From positions 30,566,001 to 30,630,000 of the forward strand of contig OZ024762.1 in assembly GCA_964016885.1 (NCBI GenBank): DNA of 64,000 bases, given 5' to 3'. Within the stretch, counting starts at the first letter, position 1. Each line of letters opens with the position of its first letter. The translations under genes and the position numbers were made by a program. The notes beneath the pieces were generated by a model that was not told the DNA's origin, did not search any database, and saw only the letters and a list, made by a program, of their open reading frames with translations. Below are positions 26,591 to 40,200 of the stretch, piece by piece. This DNA comes from Eledone cirrhosa (taxonomy: Eukaryota).

Positions 26591-28200
26591 AGTTCATGGT
26601 ATTAGCTGTCAGAAGTAACTCCACTGTTGGTGAGAATTCATTTAAGTTCATGGTATTAGCTGTCAGAAGTAACTCCACTGTTGGTGAGAATTCATTTAAG
26701 TTCATGGTATTAGCTGTCAGAAGTAACTCCACTGTTGGTGAGAATTCATTTAAGTCATAGTATTAGCTGTCAGAAGTAACTCCATTGTTGGTGAGAATTC
26801 ATTTAAGTCATGGTACTAGCTGTCAGAAGTAACTCCACTGTTGGTGAGAATTCATTTAAGTTCATGGTACTAGCTGTCAGAAGTAACTCCACTGTTGGTG
26901 AGAATTCATTTAAGTTCATGGTACTAGCTGTCAGAAGTAACTCCACTGTTGGTGAGAATTCATTTAAGTCATGGTATTAGCTGTCAGAAGTAACTCCATT
27001 GTTGGTGAGAATTCATTTAAGTCATGGTACTAGCTGTCAGAAGTAACTCCACTGTTGGTGAGAATTCATTTAAGTTCATGGTATTAGCTGTCAGAAGGAA
27101 CTCCACTGTTGGTGAGAATTCATTTAAGTTCATGGTATTAGCTGTCAGAAATAACTCCACTGTTGGTGAGAATTCATTTAAGTTCATGGTACTAGCTGTC
27201 AGACGTAACTCCACTGTTGGTGAGAATTCATTTAAGTTCATGGTACTAGCTGTCAGAAGGAACTCCACTGTTGGTGAGAATTCATTTAAGTTCATGGTAT
27301 TAGCTGTCAGAAGTAACTCCAATGTTGGTGAGAATTCATTTAAGTCATGGTACTAGCTGTCAGAAGTAACTCCACTGTTGGTGAGAATTCATTTAAGTTC
27401 ATGGTATTAGCTGTCAGAAGGAACTCCACTGCTGGTGAGAATTCATTTAAGTTCATGGTATTAGCTGTCAGAAGTAACTCCAATGTTGGTGAGAATTCAT
27501 TTAAGTTCATGGTATTAGCTGTCAGAAGTAACTCCACTGTTGGTGAGAATTCATTTAAGTTCATGGTATTAGCTGTCAGAAGTAACTCCACTGTTGGTGA
27601 GAATTCAATTAAGTTCATGGTACTAGCTGTCAGAAGTAACTCCACTGTTGGTGAGAATTCATTTAAGTTCATGGTACTAGCTGTCAGAAGTAACCCCAAT
27701 GTTGGTGAGAATTCATTTAAGTTCATGGTATTAGCTGTCAGAAGTAACTCCACTGTTGGTGAGAATTCATTTAAGTTCATGGTATTAGCTGTCAGAAGTA
27801 ACTCCACTGTTGGTGAGAATTCATTTAAGTTCATGGTGTTAGCTGTCAGAAGTAACTCCACTGTTGGTGAGAATTCATTTAAGTTCATGGTACTAGCTGT
27901 CAGAAGTAACTCCACTGTTGGTGAGAATTCATTTAAGTTCATGGTATTAGCTGTCAGAAGTAACTCCACTGTTGGTGAGAATTCATTTAAGTCATGGTAT
28001 TAGCTGTCAGAAGTAACTCCATTGTTGGTGAGAATTCATTTAAGTCATGGTACTAGCTGTCAGAAGTAACTCCACTGTTGGTGAGAATTCATTTAAGTTC
28101 ATGGTACTAGCTGTCAGAAGTAACTCCACTGTTGGTGAGAATTCATTTAAGTTCATGGTACTAGCTGTCAGAAGTAACTCCAATGTTGGTGAGAATTCAT

Positions 28201-31200
28201 TTAAGTCATGGTACTAGCTGTCAGAAGTAACTCCACTGTTGGTGAGAATTCATTTAAGTTCATGGTATTAGCTGTCAGAAGGAACTCCACTGTTGGTGAG
28301 AATTCATTTAAGTTCATGGTATTAGCTGTCAGAAGTAACTCCACTGTTGGTGAGAATTCATTTAAGTTCATGGTACTAGCTGTCAGAAGTAACTCCAATG
28401 TTGGTGAGAATTCATTTAAGTTCATGGTATTAGCTGTCAGAAGTAACTCCACTGTTGGTGAGAATTCATTTAAGTTCATGGTACTAGCTGTCAGAAGTAA
28501 CTCCACTGTTGGTGAGAATTCATTTAAGTTCATGGTACTAGCTGTCAGAAGTAACCCCAATGTTGGTGAGAATTCATTTAAGTTCATGGTATTAGCTGTC
28601 AGAAGTCACTCCACTGTTGGTGAGAATTCATTTAAGTTCATGGTATTAGCTGTCAGAAGTAACTCCACTGTTGGTGAGAATTCATTTAAGTTCATGGTAT
28701 TAGCTGTCAGAAGTAACTCCACTGTTGGTGAGAATTCATTTAAGTTCATGGTATTAGCTGTCAGAAGTAACTCCACTGTTGGTGAGAATTCATTTAAGTT
28801 CATGGTACTAGCTGTCAGAAGTAACTCCACTGTTGGTGAGAATTCATTTAAGTTCATGGTATTAGATGTCAGAAGTAACTCCACTGTTGGTGAGAATTCA
28901 TTTAAGTTCATGGTACTAGCTGTCAGAAGTAACTCCACTGTTGGTGAGAATTCATTTAAGTTCATGGTATTAGTTGTCAGAAGTAACTCCACTGTTGGTG
29001 AGAATTCATTTAAGTTCATGGTATTAGCTGTCAGAAATAACTCCACTGTTGGTGAGAATTCATTTAAGTTCATGGTACTAGCTGTCAGACGTAACTCCAC
29101 TGTTGGTGAGAATTCATTTAAGTTCATGGTACTAGCTGTCAGAAGGAACTCCACTGTTGGTGAGAATTCATTTAAGTTCATGGTATTAGCTGTCAGAAGG
29201 AACTCCACTGCTGGTGAGAATTCATTTAAGTTCATGGTATTAGCTGTCAGAAGTAACTCCAATGTTGGTGAGAATTCATTTAAGTTCATGGTATTAGCTG
29301 TCAGAAGTAACTCCACTGTTGGTGAGAATTCATTTAAGTTCATGGTATTAGCTGTCAGAAGTAACTCCACTGTTGGTGAGAATTCAATTAAGTTCATGGT
29401 ACTAGCTGTCAGAAGTAACTCCACTGTTGGTGAGAATTCATTTAAGTTCATGGTACTAGCTGTCAGAAGTAACCCCAATGTTGGTGAGAATTCATTTAAG
29501 TTCATGGTATTAGCTGTCAGAAGTCACTCCACTGTTGGTGAGAATTCATTTAAGTTCATGGTATTAGCTGTCAGAAGTAACTCCACTGTTGGTGAGAATT
29601 CATTTAAGTTCATGGTATTAGCTATCAGAAGTAACTCCACTGTTGGTGAGAATTCATTTAAGTTCATGGTATTAGCTGTCAGAAGTAACTCCACTGTTGG
29701 TGAGAATTCATTTAAATTCATGGTACTAGCTGTCAGAAGTAACTCCACTGTTGGTGAGAATTCATTTAAGTTCATGGTATTAGCTGTCAGAAGTAACTCC
29801 ACTGTTGGTGAGAATTCATTTAAGTCATGGTATTAGCTGTCAGAAGTAACTCCATTGTTGGTGAGAATTCATTTAAGTCATGGTACTAGCTGTCAGAAGT
29901 AACTCCACTGTTGGTGAGAATTCATTTAAGTTCATGGTACTAGCTGTCAGAAGTAACTCCACTGTTGGTGAGAATTCATTTAAGTTCATGGTACTAGCTG
30001 TCAGAAGTAACTCCACTGTTGGTGAGAATTCATTTAAGTTCATGGTACTAGCTGTCAGAAGTAACTCCGATGTTGGTGAGAATTCATTTACGTCATGGTA
30101 CTAGCTGTCAGAAGTAACTCCACTGTTGGTGAGAATTCATTTAAGTTCATGGTACTAGCTGTCAGAAGTAACTCCAATGTTGGTGAGAATTCATTTAAGT
30201 TCATGGTATTAGCTGTCAGAAGTAACTCCACTGTTGGTGAGAATTCATTTAAGTTCATGGTACTAGCTGTCAGAAGTAACTCCACTGTTGGTGAGAATTC
30301 ATTTAAGTTCATGGTACTAGCTGTCAGAAGTAACCCCAATGTTGGTGAGAATTCATTTAAGTTCATGGTATTAGCTGTCAGAAGTCACTCCACTGTTGGT
30401 GAGAATTCATTTAAGTTCATGGTATTAGCTGTCAGAAGTAACTCCACTGTTGGTGAGAATTCATTTAAGTTCATGGTATTAGCTGTCAGAAGTAACTCCA
30501 CTGTTGGTGAGAATTCATTTAAGTTCATGGTATTAGCTGTCAGAAGTAACTCCACTGTTGGTGAGAATTCATTTAAGTTCATGGTACTAGCTGTCAGAAG
30601 TAACTCCACTGTTGGTGAGAATTCATTTAAGTTCATGGTATTAGATGTCAGAAGTAACTCCACTGTTGGTGAGAATTCATTTAAGTTCATGGTACTAGCT
30701 GTCAGAAGTAACTCCACTGTTGGTGAGAATTCATTTAAGTTCATGGTATTAGTTGTCAGAAGTAACTCCACTGTTGGTGAGAATTCATTTAAGTTCATGG
30801 TATTAGCTGTCAGAAGGAACTCCACTGTTGGTGAGAATTCATTTAAGTTCATGGTATTAGCTGTCAGAAATAACTCCACTGTTGGTGAGAATTCATTTAA
30901 GTTCATGGTACTAGCTGTCAGACGTAACTCCACTGTTGGTGAGAATTCATTTAAGTTCATGGTACTAGCTGTCAGAAGGAACTCCACTGTTGGTGAGAAT
31001 TCATTTAAGTTCATGGTATTAGCTGTCAGAAGGAACTCCACTGCTGGTGAGAATTCATTTAAGTTCATGGTATTAGCTGTCAGAAGTAACTCCAATGTTG
31101 GTGAGAATTCATTTAAGTTCATGGTATTAGCTGTCAGAAGTAACTCCACTGTTGGTGAGAATTCATTTAAGTTCATGGTATTAGCTGTCAGAAGTAACTC

Positions 31201-34200
31201 CACTGTTGGTGAGAATTCAATTAAGTTCATGATACTAGCTGTCAGGAGTAACTCCACTGTTGGTGAGAATTCATTTAAGTTCATGGTACTAGCTGTCAGA
31301 AGTAACCCCAATGTTGGTGAGAATTCATTTAAGTTCATGGTATTAGCTGTCAGAAGTCACTCCACTGTTGGTGAGAATTCATTTAAGTTCATGGTATTAG
31401 CTGTCAGAAGTAACTCCACTGTTGGTGAGAATTCATTTAAGTTCATGGTATTAGCTGTCAGAAGGAACTCCACTGTTGGTGAGAATTCATTTAAGTTCAT
31501 GGTATTAGCTGTCAGAAATAACTCCACTGTTGGTGAGAATTCATTTAAGTTCATGGTACTAGCTGTCAGAAGTAACTCCACTGTTGGTGAGAATTCATTT
31601 AAGTTCATGGTATTAGCTGTCAGAAGTAACTCCACTGTTGGTGAGAATTCATTTAAGTCATGGTATTAGCTGTCAGAAGTCACTCCACTGTTGGTGAGAA
31701 TTCATTTAAGTTCATGGTACTAGCTGTCAGAAGTAACTCCACTGTTGGTGAGAATTCATTTAAGTTCATGGTACTAGCTGTCAGAAGTAACTCCACTGTT
31801 GGTGAGAATTCATTTAAGTTCATGGTACTAGCTGTCAGAAGTAACTCCAATGTTGGTGAGAATTCATTTACGTCATGGTACTAGCTGTCAGAAGTAACTC
31901 CACTGTTGGTGAGAATTCATTTAAGTTCATGGTACTAGCTGTCAGAAGTAACTCCAATGTTGGTGAGAATTCATTTAAGTTCATGGTATTAGCTGTCAGA
32001 AGTAACTCCACTGTTGGTGAGAATTCATTTAAGTTCATGGTATTAGCTGTCAGAAGTAACTCCACTGTTGGTGAGAATTCATTTAAGTTCATGGTACTAG
32101 CTGTCAGAAGTAACCCCAATGTTGGTGAGAATTCATTTAAGTTCATGGTATTAGCTGTCAGAAGTCACTCCACTGTTGGTGAGAATTCATTTAAGTTCAT
32201 GGTATTAGCTGTCAGAAGTAACTCCACTGTTGGTGAGAATTCATTTAAGTTCATGGTATTAGCTGTCAGAAGTAACTCCACTGTTGGTGAGAATTCATTT
32301 AAGTTCATGGTATTAGCTGTCAGAAGTAACTCCACTGTTGGTGAGAATTCATTTAAGTTCATGGTACTAGCTGTCAGAAGTAACTCCACTGTTGGTGAGA
32401 ATTCATTTAAGTTCATGGTATTAGATGTCAGAAGTAACTCCACTGTTGGTGAGAATTCATTTAAGTTCATGGTACTAGCTGTCAGAAGTAACTCCACTGT
32501 TGGTGAGAATTCATTTAAGTTCATGGTATTAGTTGTCAGAAGTAACTCCACTGTTGGTGAGAATTCATTTAAGTTCATGGTATTAGCTGTCAGAAGGAAC
32601 TCCACTGTTGGTGAGAATTCATTTAAGTTCATGGTATTAGCTGTCAGAAGTAACTCCACTGTTGGTGAGAATTCATTTAAGTTCATGATACTAGCTGTCA
32701 GAAGTAACTCCACTGTTGGTGAGAATTCATTTAAGTTCATGGTATTAGCTGTCAGAAATAACTCCACTGTTGGTGAGAATTCATTTAAGTTCATGGTACT
32801 AGCTGTCAGACGTAACTCCACTGTTGGTGAGAATTCATTTAAGTTCATGGTACTAGCTGTCAGAAGGAACTCCACTGTTGGTGAGAATTCATTTAAGTTC
32901 ATGGTATTAGCTGTCAGAAGGAACTCCACTGCTGTTGAGAATTCATTTAAGTTCATGGTATTAGCTGTCAGAAGTAACTCCAATGTTGGTGAGAATTCAT
33001 TTAAGTTCATGGTATTAGCTGTCAGAAGTAACTCCACTGTTGGTGAGAATTCATTTAAGTTCATGGTATTAGCTGTCAGAAGTAACTCCACTGTTGGTGA
33101 GAATTCATTTAAGTTCATGGTATTAGCTGTCAGAAGTAACTCCACTGTTGGTGAGAATTCATTTAAGTTCATGGTACTAGCTGTCAGAAGTAACTCCACT
33201 GTTGGTGAGAATTCATTTAAGTTCATGGTATTAGATGTCAGAAGTAACTCCACTGTTGGTGAGAATTCATTTAAGTTCATGGTACTAGCTGTCAGAAGTA
33301 ACTCCACTGTTGGTGAGAATTCATTTAAGTTCATGGTATTAGTTGTCAGAAGTAACTCCACTGTTGGTGAGAATTCATTTAAGTTCATGGTATTAGCTGT
33401 CAGAAGGAACTCCACTGTTGGTGAGAATTCATTTAAGTTCATGGTATTAGCTGTCAGAAATAACTCCACTGTTGGTGAGAATTCATTTAAGTTCATGGTA
33501 CTAGCTGTCAGACGTAACTCCACTGTTGGTGAGAATTCATTTAAGTTCATGGTACTAGCTGTCAGAAGGAACTCCACTGTTGGTGAGAATTCATTTAAGT
33601 TCATGGTATTAGCTGTCAGAAGGAACTCCACTGCTGGTGAGAATTCATTTAAGTTCATGGTATTAGCTGTCAGAAGTAACTCCAATGTTGGTGAGAATTC
33701 ATTTAAGTTCATGGTATTAGCTGTCAGAAGTAACTCCACTGTTGGTGAGAATTCATTTAAGTTCATGGTATTAGCTGTCAGAAGTAACTCCACTGTTGGT
33801 GAGAATTCAATTAAGTTCATGATACTAGCTGTCAGAAGTAACTCCACTGTTGGTGAGAATTCATTTAAGTTCATGGTACTAGCTGTCAGAAGTAACCCCA
33901 ATGTTGGTGAGAATTCATTTAAGTTCATGGTATTAGCTGTCAGAAGTCACTCCACTGTTGGTGAGAATTCATTTAAGTTCATGGTATTAGCTGTCAGAAG
34001 TAACTCCACTGTTGGTGAGAATTCATTTAAGTTCATGGTATTAGCTGTCAGAAGGAACTCCACTGTTGGTGAGAATTCATTTAAGTTCATGGTATTAGCT
34101 GTCAGAAATAACTCCACTGTTGGTGAGAATTCATTTAAGTTCATGGTACTAGCTGTCAGAAGTAACTCCACTGTTGGTGAGAATTCATTTAAGTTCATGG

Positions 34201-37200
34201 TATTAGCTGTCAGAAGTAACTCCACTGTTGGTGAGAATTCATTTAAGTCATGGTATTAGCTGTCAGAAGTCACTCCACTGTTGGTGAGAATTCATTTAAG
34301 TTCATGGTACTAGCTGTCAGAAGTAACTCCACTGTTGGTGAGAATTCATTTAAGTTCATGGTACTAGCTGTCAGAAGTAACTCCACTGTTGGTGAGAATT
34401 CATTTAAGTTCATGGTACTAGCTGTCAGAAGTAACTCCAATGTTGGTGAGAATTCATTTACGTCATGGTACTAGCTGTCAGAAGTAACTCCACTGTTGGT
34501 GAGAATTCATTTAAGTTCATGGTACTAGCTGTCAGAAGTAACTCCAATGTTGGTGAGAATTCATTTAAGTTCATGGTATTAGCTGTCAGAAGTAACTCCA
34601 CTGTTGGTGAGAATTCATTTAAGTTCATGGTATTAGCTGTCAGAAGTAACTCCACTGTTGGTGAGAATTCATTTAAGTTCATGGTATTAGCTGTCAGAAG
34701 TAACTCCACTGTTGGTGAGAATTCATTTAAGTTCATGGTACTAGCTGTCAGAAGTAACTCCACTGTTGGTGAGAATTCATTTAAGTTCATGGTATTAGAT
34801 GTCAGAAGTAACTCCACTGTTGGTGAGAATTCATTTAAGTTCATGGTACTAGCTGTCAGAAGTAACTCCACTGTTGGTGAGAATTCATTTAAGTTCATGG
34901 TATTAGTTGTCAGAAGTAACTCCACTGTTGGTGAGAATTCATTTAAGTTCATGGTATTAGCTGTCAGAAGGAACTCCACTGTTGGTGAGAATTCATTTAA
35001 GTTCATGGTATTAGCTGTCAGAAGTAACTCCACTGTTGGTGAGAATTCATTTAAGTTCATGATACTAGCTGTCAGAAGTAACTCCACTGTTGGTGAGAAT
35101 TCATTTAAGTTCATGGTATTAGCTGTCAGAAATAACTCCACTGTTGGTGAGAATTCATTTAAGTTCATGGTACTAGCTGTCAGACGTAACTCCACTGTTG
35201 GTGAGAATTCATTTAAGTTCATGGTACTAGCTGTCAGAAGGAACTCCACTGTTGGTGAGAATTCATTTAAGTTCATGGTATTAGCTGTCAGAAGGAACTC
35301 CACTGCTGTTGAGAATTCATTTAAGTTCATGGTATTAGCTGTCAGAAGTAACTCCAATGTTGGTGAGAATTCATTTAAGTTCATGGTATTAGCTGTCAGA
35401 AGTAACTCCACTGTTGGTGAGAATTCATTTAAGTTCATGGTACTAGCTGTCAGAAGTAACTCCACTGTTGGTGAGAATTCATTTAAGTTCATGGTACTAG
35501 CTGTCAGAAGTAACCCCAATGTTGGTGAGAATTCATTTAAGTTCATGGTATTAGCTGTCAGAAGTCACTCCACTGTTGGTGAGAATTCATTTAAGTTCAT
35601 GGTATTAGCTGTCAGAAGTAACTCCACTGTTGGTGAGAATTCATTTAAGTTCATGGTATTAGCTGTCAGAAGTAACTCCACTGTTGGTGAGAATTCATTT
35701 AAGTTCATGGTACTAGCTGTCAGAAGTAACTCCACTGTTGGTGAGAATTCATTTAAGTTCATGGTATTAGTTGTCAGAAGTAACTCCACTGTTGGTGAGA
35801 ATTCATTTAAGTTCATGGTATTAGCTGTCAGAAGGAACTCCACTGTTGGTGAGAATTCATTTAAGTTCATGGTATTAGCTGTCAGAAATAACTCCACTGT
35901 TGGTGAGAATTCATTTAAGTTCATGGTACTAGCTGTCAGACGTAACTCCACTGTTGGTGAGAATTCATTTAAGTTCATGGTACTAGCTGTCAGAAGGAAC
36001 TCCACTGTTGGTGAGAATTCATTTAAGTTCATGGTATTAGCTGTCAGAAGGAACTCCACTGCTGGTGAGAATTCATTTAAGTTCATGGTATTAGCTGTCA
36101 GAAGTAACTCCAATGTTGGTGAGAATTCATTTAAGTTCATGGTATTAGCTGTCAGAAGTAACTCCACTGTTGGTGAGAATTCATTTACGTCATGGTACTA
36201 GCTGTCAGAAGTAACTCCACTGTTGGTGAGAATTCATTTAAGTTCATGGTACTAGCTGTCAGAAGTAACTCCAATGTTGGTGAGAATTCATTTAAGTTCA
36301 TGGTATTAGCTGTCAGAAGTAACTCCACTGTTGGTGAGAATTCATTTAAGTTCATGGTACTAGCTGTCAGAAGTAACTCCACTGTTGGTGAGAATTCATT
36401 TAAGTTCATGGTACTAGCTGTCAGAAGTAACCCCAATGTTGGTGAGAATTCATTTAAGTTCATGGTATTAGCTGTCAGAAGTCACTCCACTGTTGGTGAG
36501 AATTCATTTAAGTTCATGGTATTAGCTGTCAGAAGTAACTCCACTGTTGGTGAGAATTCATTTAAGTTCATGGTATTAGCTGTCAGAAGTAACTCCACTG
36601 TTGGTGAGAATTCATTTAAGTTCATGGTATTAGCTGTCAGAAGTAACTCCACTGTTGGTGAGAATTCATTTAAGTTCATGGTACTAGCTGTCAGAAGTAA
36701 CTCCACTGTTGGTGAGAATTCATTTAAGTTCATGGTATTAGATGTCAGAAGTAACTCCACTGTTGGTGAGAATTCATTTAAGTTCATGGTACTAGCTGTC
36801 AGAAGTAACTCCACTGTTGGTGAGAATTCATTTAAGTTCATGGTATTAGTTGTCAGAAGTAACTCCACTGTTGGTGAGAATTCATTTAAGTTCATGGTAT
36901 TAGCTGTCAGAAGGAACTCCACTGTTGGTGAGAATTCATTTAAGTTCATGGTATTAGCTGTCAGAAGTAACTCCACTGTTGGTGAGAATTCATTTAAGTT
37001 CATGATACTAGCTGTCAGAAGTAACTCCACTGTTGGTGAGAATTCATTTAAGTTCATGGTATTAGCTGTCAGAAATAACTCCACTGTTGGTGAGAATTCA
37101 TTTAAGTTCATGGTACTAGCTGTCAGACGTAACTCCACTGTTGGTGAGAATTCATTTAAGTTCATGGTACTAGCTGTCAGAAGGAACTCCACTGTTGGTG

Positions 37201-40200
37201 AGAATTCATTTAAGTTCATGGTATTAGCTGTCAGAAGGAACTCCACTGCTGGTGAGAATTCATTTAAGTTCATGGTATTAGCTGTCAGAAGTAACTCCAA
37301 TGTTGGTGAGAATTCATTTAAGTTCATGGTATTAGCTGTCAGAAGTAACTCCACTGTTGGTGAGAATTCATTTAAGTTCATGGTACTAGCTGTCAGAAGT
37401 AACTCCACTGTTGGTGAGAATTCATTTAAGTTCATGGTACTAGCTGTCAGAAGTAACCCCAATGTTGGTGAGAATTCATTTAAGTTCATGGTATTAGCTG
37501 TCAGAAGTCACTCCACTGTTGGTGAGAATTCATTTAAGTTCATGGTATTAGCTGTCAGAAGTAACTCCACTGTTGGTGAGAATTCATTTACGTTCATGGT
37601 ATTAGCTGTCAGAAGTAACTCCACTGTTGGTGAGAATTCATTTAAGTTCATGGTATTAGCTGTCAGAAGTAACTCCACTGTTGGTGAGAATTCATTTAAG
37701 TTCATGGTACTAGCTGTCAGAAATAACTCCACTGTTGGTGAGAATTCATTTAAGTTCATGGTATTAGATGTCAGAAGTAACTCCACTGTTGGTGAGAATT
37801 CATTTAAGTTCATGGTACTAGCTGTCAGAAGTAACTCCACTGTTGGTGAGAATTCATTTAAGTTCATGGTATTAGTTGTCAGAAGTAACTCCACTGTTGG
37901 TGAGAATTCATTTAAGTTCATGGTATTAGCTGTCAGAAGGAACTCCACTGTTGGTGAGAATTCATTTAAGTTCATGGTATTAGCTGTCAGAAATAACTCC
38001 ACTGTTGGTGAGAATTCATTTAAGTTCATGGTACTAGCTGTCAGACGTAACTCCACTGTTGGTGAGAATTCATTTAAGTTCATGGTACTAGCTGTCAGAA
38101 GGAACTCCACTGTTGGTGAGAATTCATTTAAGTTCATGGTATTAGCTGTCAGAAGGAACTCCACTGCTGGTGAGAATTCATTTAAGTTCATGGTATTAGC
38201 TGTCAGAAGTAACTCCAATGTTGGTGAGAATTCATTTAAGTTCATGGTATTAGCTGTCAGAAGTAACTCCACTGTTGGTGAGAATTCATTTAAGTTCATG
38301 GTATTAGCTGTCAGAAGTAACTCCACTGTTGGTGAGAATTCAATTAAGTTCATGGTACTAGCTGTCAGAAGTAACTCCACTGTTGGTGAGAATTCATTTA
38401 AGTTCATGGTACTAGCTGTCAGAAGTAACCCCAATGTTGGTGAGAATTCATTTAAGTTCATGGTATTAGCTGTCAGAAGTCACTCCACTGTTGGTGAGAA
38501 TTCATTTAAGTTCATGGTATTAGCTGTCAGAAGTAACTCCACTGTTGGTGAGAATTCATTTAAGTTCATGGTACTAGCTGTCAGAAGTAACTCCACTGTT
38601 GGTGAGAATTCATTTAAGTTCATGGTATTAGCTGTCAGAAGTAACTCCACTGTTGGTGAGAATTCATTTAAGTCATGGTATTAGCTGTCAGAAGTAACTC
38701 CATTGTTGGTGAGAATTCATTTAAGTCATGGTACTAGCTGTCAGAAGTCACTCCACTGTTGGTGAGAATTCATTTAAGTTCATGGTACTAGCTGTCAGAA
38801 GTAACTCCACTGTTGGTGAGAATTCATTTAAGTTCATGGTACTAGCTGTCAGAAGTAACTCCACTGTCGGTGAGAATTCATTTAAGTTCATGGTACTAGC
38901 TGTCAGAAGTAACTCCAATGTTGGTGAGAATTCATTTACGTCATGGTACTAGCTGTCAGAAGTAACTCCACTGTTGGTGAGAATTCATTTAAGTTCATGG
39001 TACTAGCTGTCAGAAGTAACTCCAATGTTGGTGAGAATTCATTTAAGTTCATGGTATTAGCTGTCAGAAGTAACTCCACTGTTGGTGAGAATTCATTTAA
39101 GTTCATGGTACTAGCTGTCAGAAGTAACTCCACTGTTGGTGAGAATTCATTTAAGTTCATGGTACTAGCTGTCAGAAGTAACCCCAATGTTGGTGAGAAT
39201 TCATTTAAGTTCATGGTATTAGCTGTCAGAAGTCACTCCACTGTTGGTGAGAATTCATTTAAGTTCATGGTATTAGCTGTCAGAAGTAACTCCACTGTTG
39301 GTGAGAATTCATTTAAGTTCATGGTATTAGCTGTCAGAAGTAACTCCACTGTTGGTGAGAATTCATTTAAGTTCATGGTATTAGCTGTCAGAAGTAACTC
39401 CACTGTTGGTGAGAATTCATTTAAGTTCATGGTACTAGCTGTCAGAAGTAACTCCACTGTTGGTGGGAATTCATTTAAGTTCATGGTATTAGATGTCAGA
39501 AGTAACTCCACTGTTGGTGAGAATTCATTTAAGTTCATGGTACTAGCTGTCAGAAGTAACTCCACTGTTGGTGAGAATTCATTTAAGTTCATGGTATTAG
39601 TTGTCAGAAGTAACTCCACTGTTGGTGAGAATTCATTTAAGTTCATGGTATTAGCTGTCAGAAGTAACTCCACTGTTGGTGAGAATTCATTTAAGTTCAT
39701 GGTACTAGCTGTCAGAAGTAACTCCACTGTTGGTGAGAATTCATTTAAGTTCATGGTATTAGCTGTCAGAAATAACTCCACTGTTGGTGAGAATTCATTT
39801 AAGTTCATGGTACTAGCTGTCAGACGTAACTCCACTGTTGGTGAGAATTCATTTAAGTTCATGGTACTAGCTGTCAGAAGGAACTCCACTGTTGGTGAGA
39901 ATTCATTTAAGTTCATGGTATTAGCTGTCAGAAGGAACTCCACTGCTGGTGAGAATTCATTTAAGTTCATGGTATTAGCTGTCAGAAGTAACTCCAATGT
40001 TGGTGAGAATTCATTTAAGTTCATGGTATTAGCTGTCAGAAGTAACTCCACTTTTGGTGAGAATTCATTTAAGTTCATGGTACTAGCTGTCAGAAGTAAC
40101 TCCACTGTTGGTGAGAATTCATTTAAGTTCATGGTACTAGCTGTCAGAAGTAACCCCAATGTTGGTGAGAATTCATTTAAGTTCATGGTATTAGCTGTCA

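Larger units (their letters stand above)
10901..28200. repeat. Satellite sub-domain B with 13-, 17-, 42- and 45-monomer duplicated blocks
   Basis: Marker variants: AGAATAAC deletion (11381, 12081, 14341, 18541, 19241), AGAGGTAAC, GCTGAC, GAGAAATC (13231, 15491, 20391, 20661, 21141, 22061, 24051, 26471) and AAGTCATAG. Matching ORF patterns recur at offsets of 700, 915, 2260, 2419 and 7158 bp. Confidence 0.8.
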
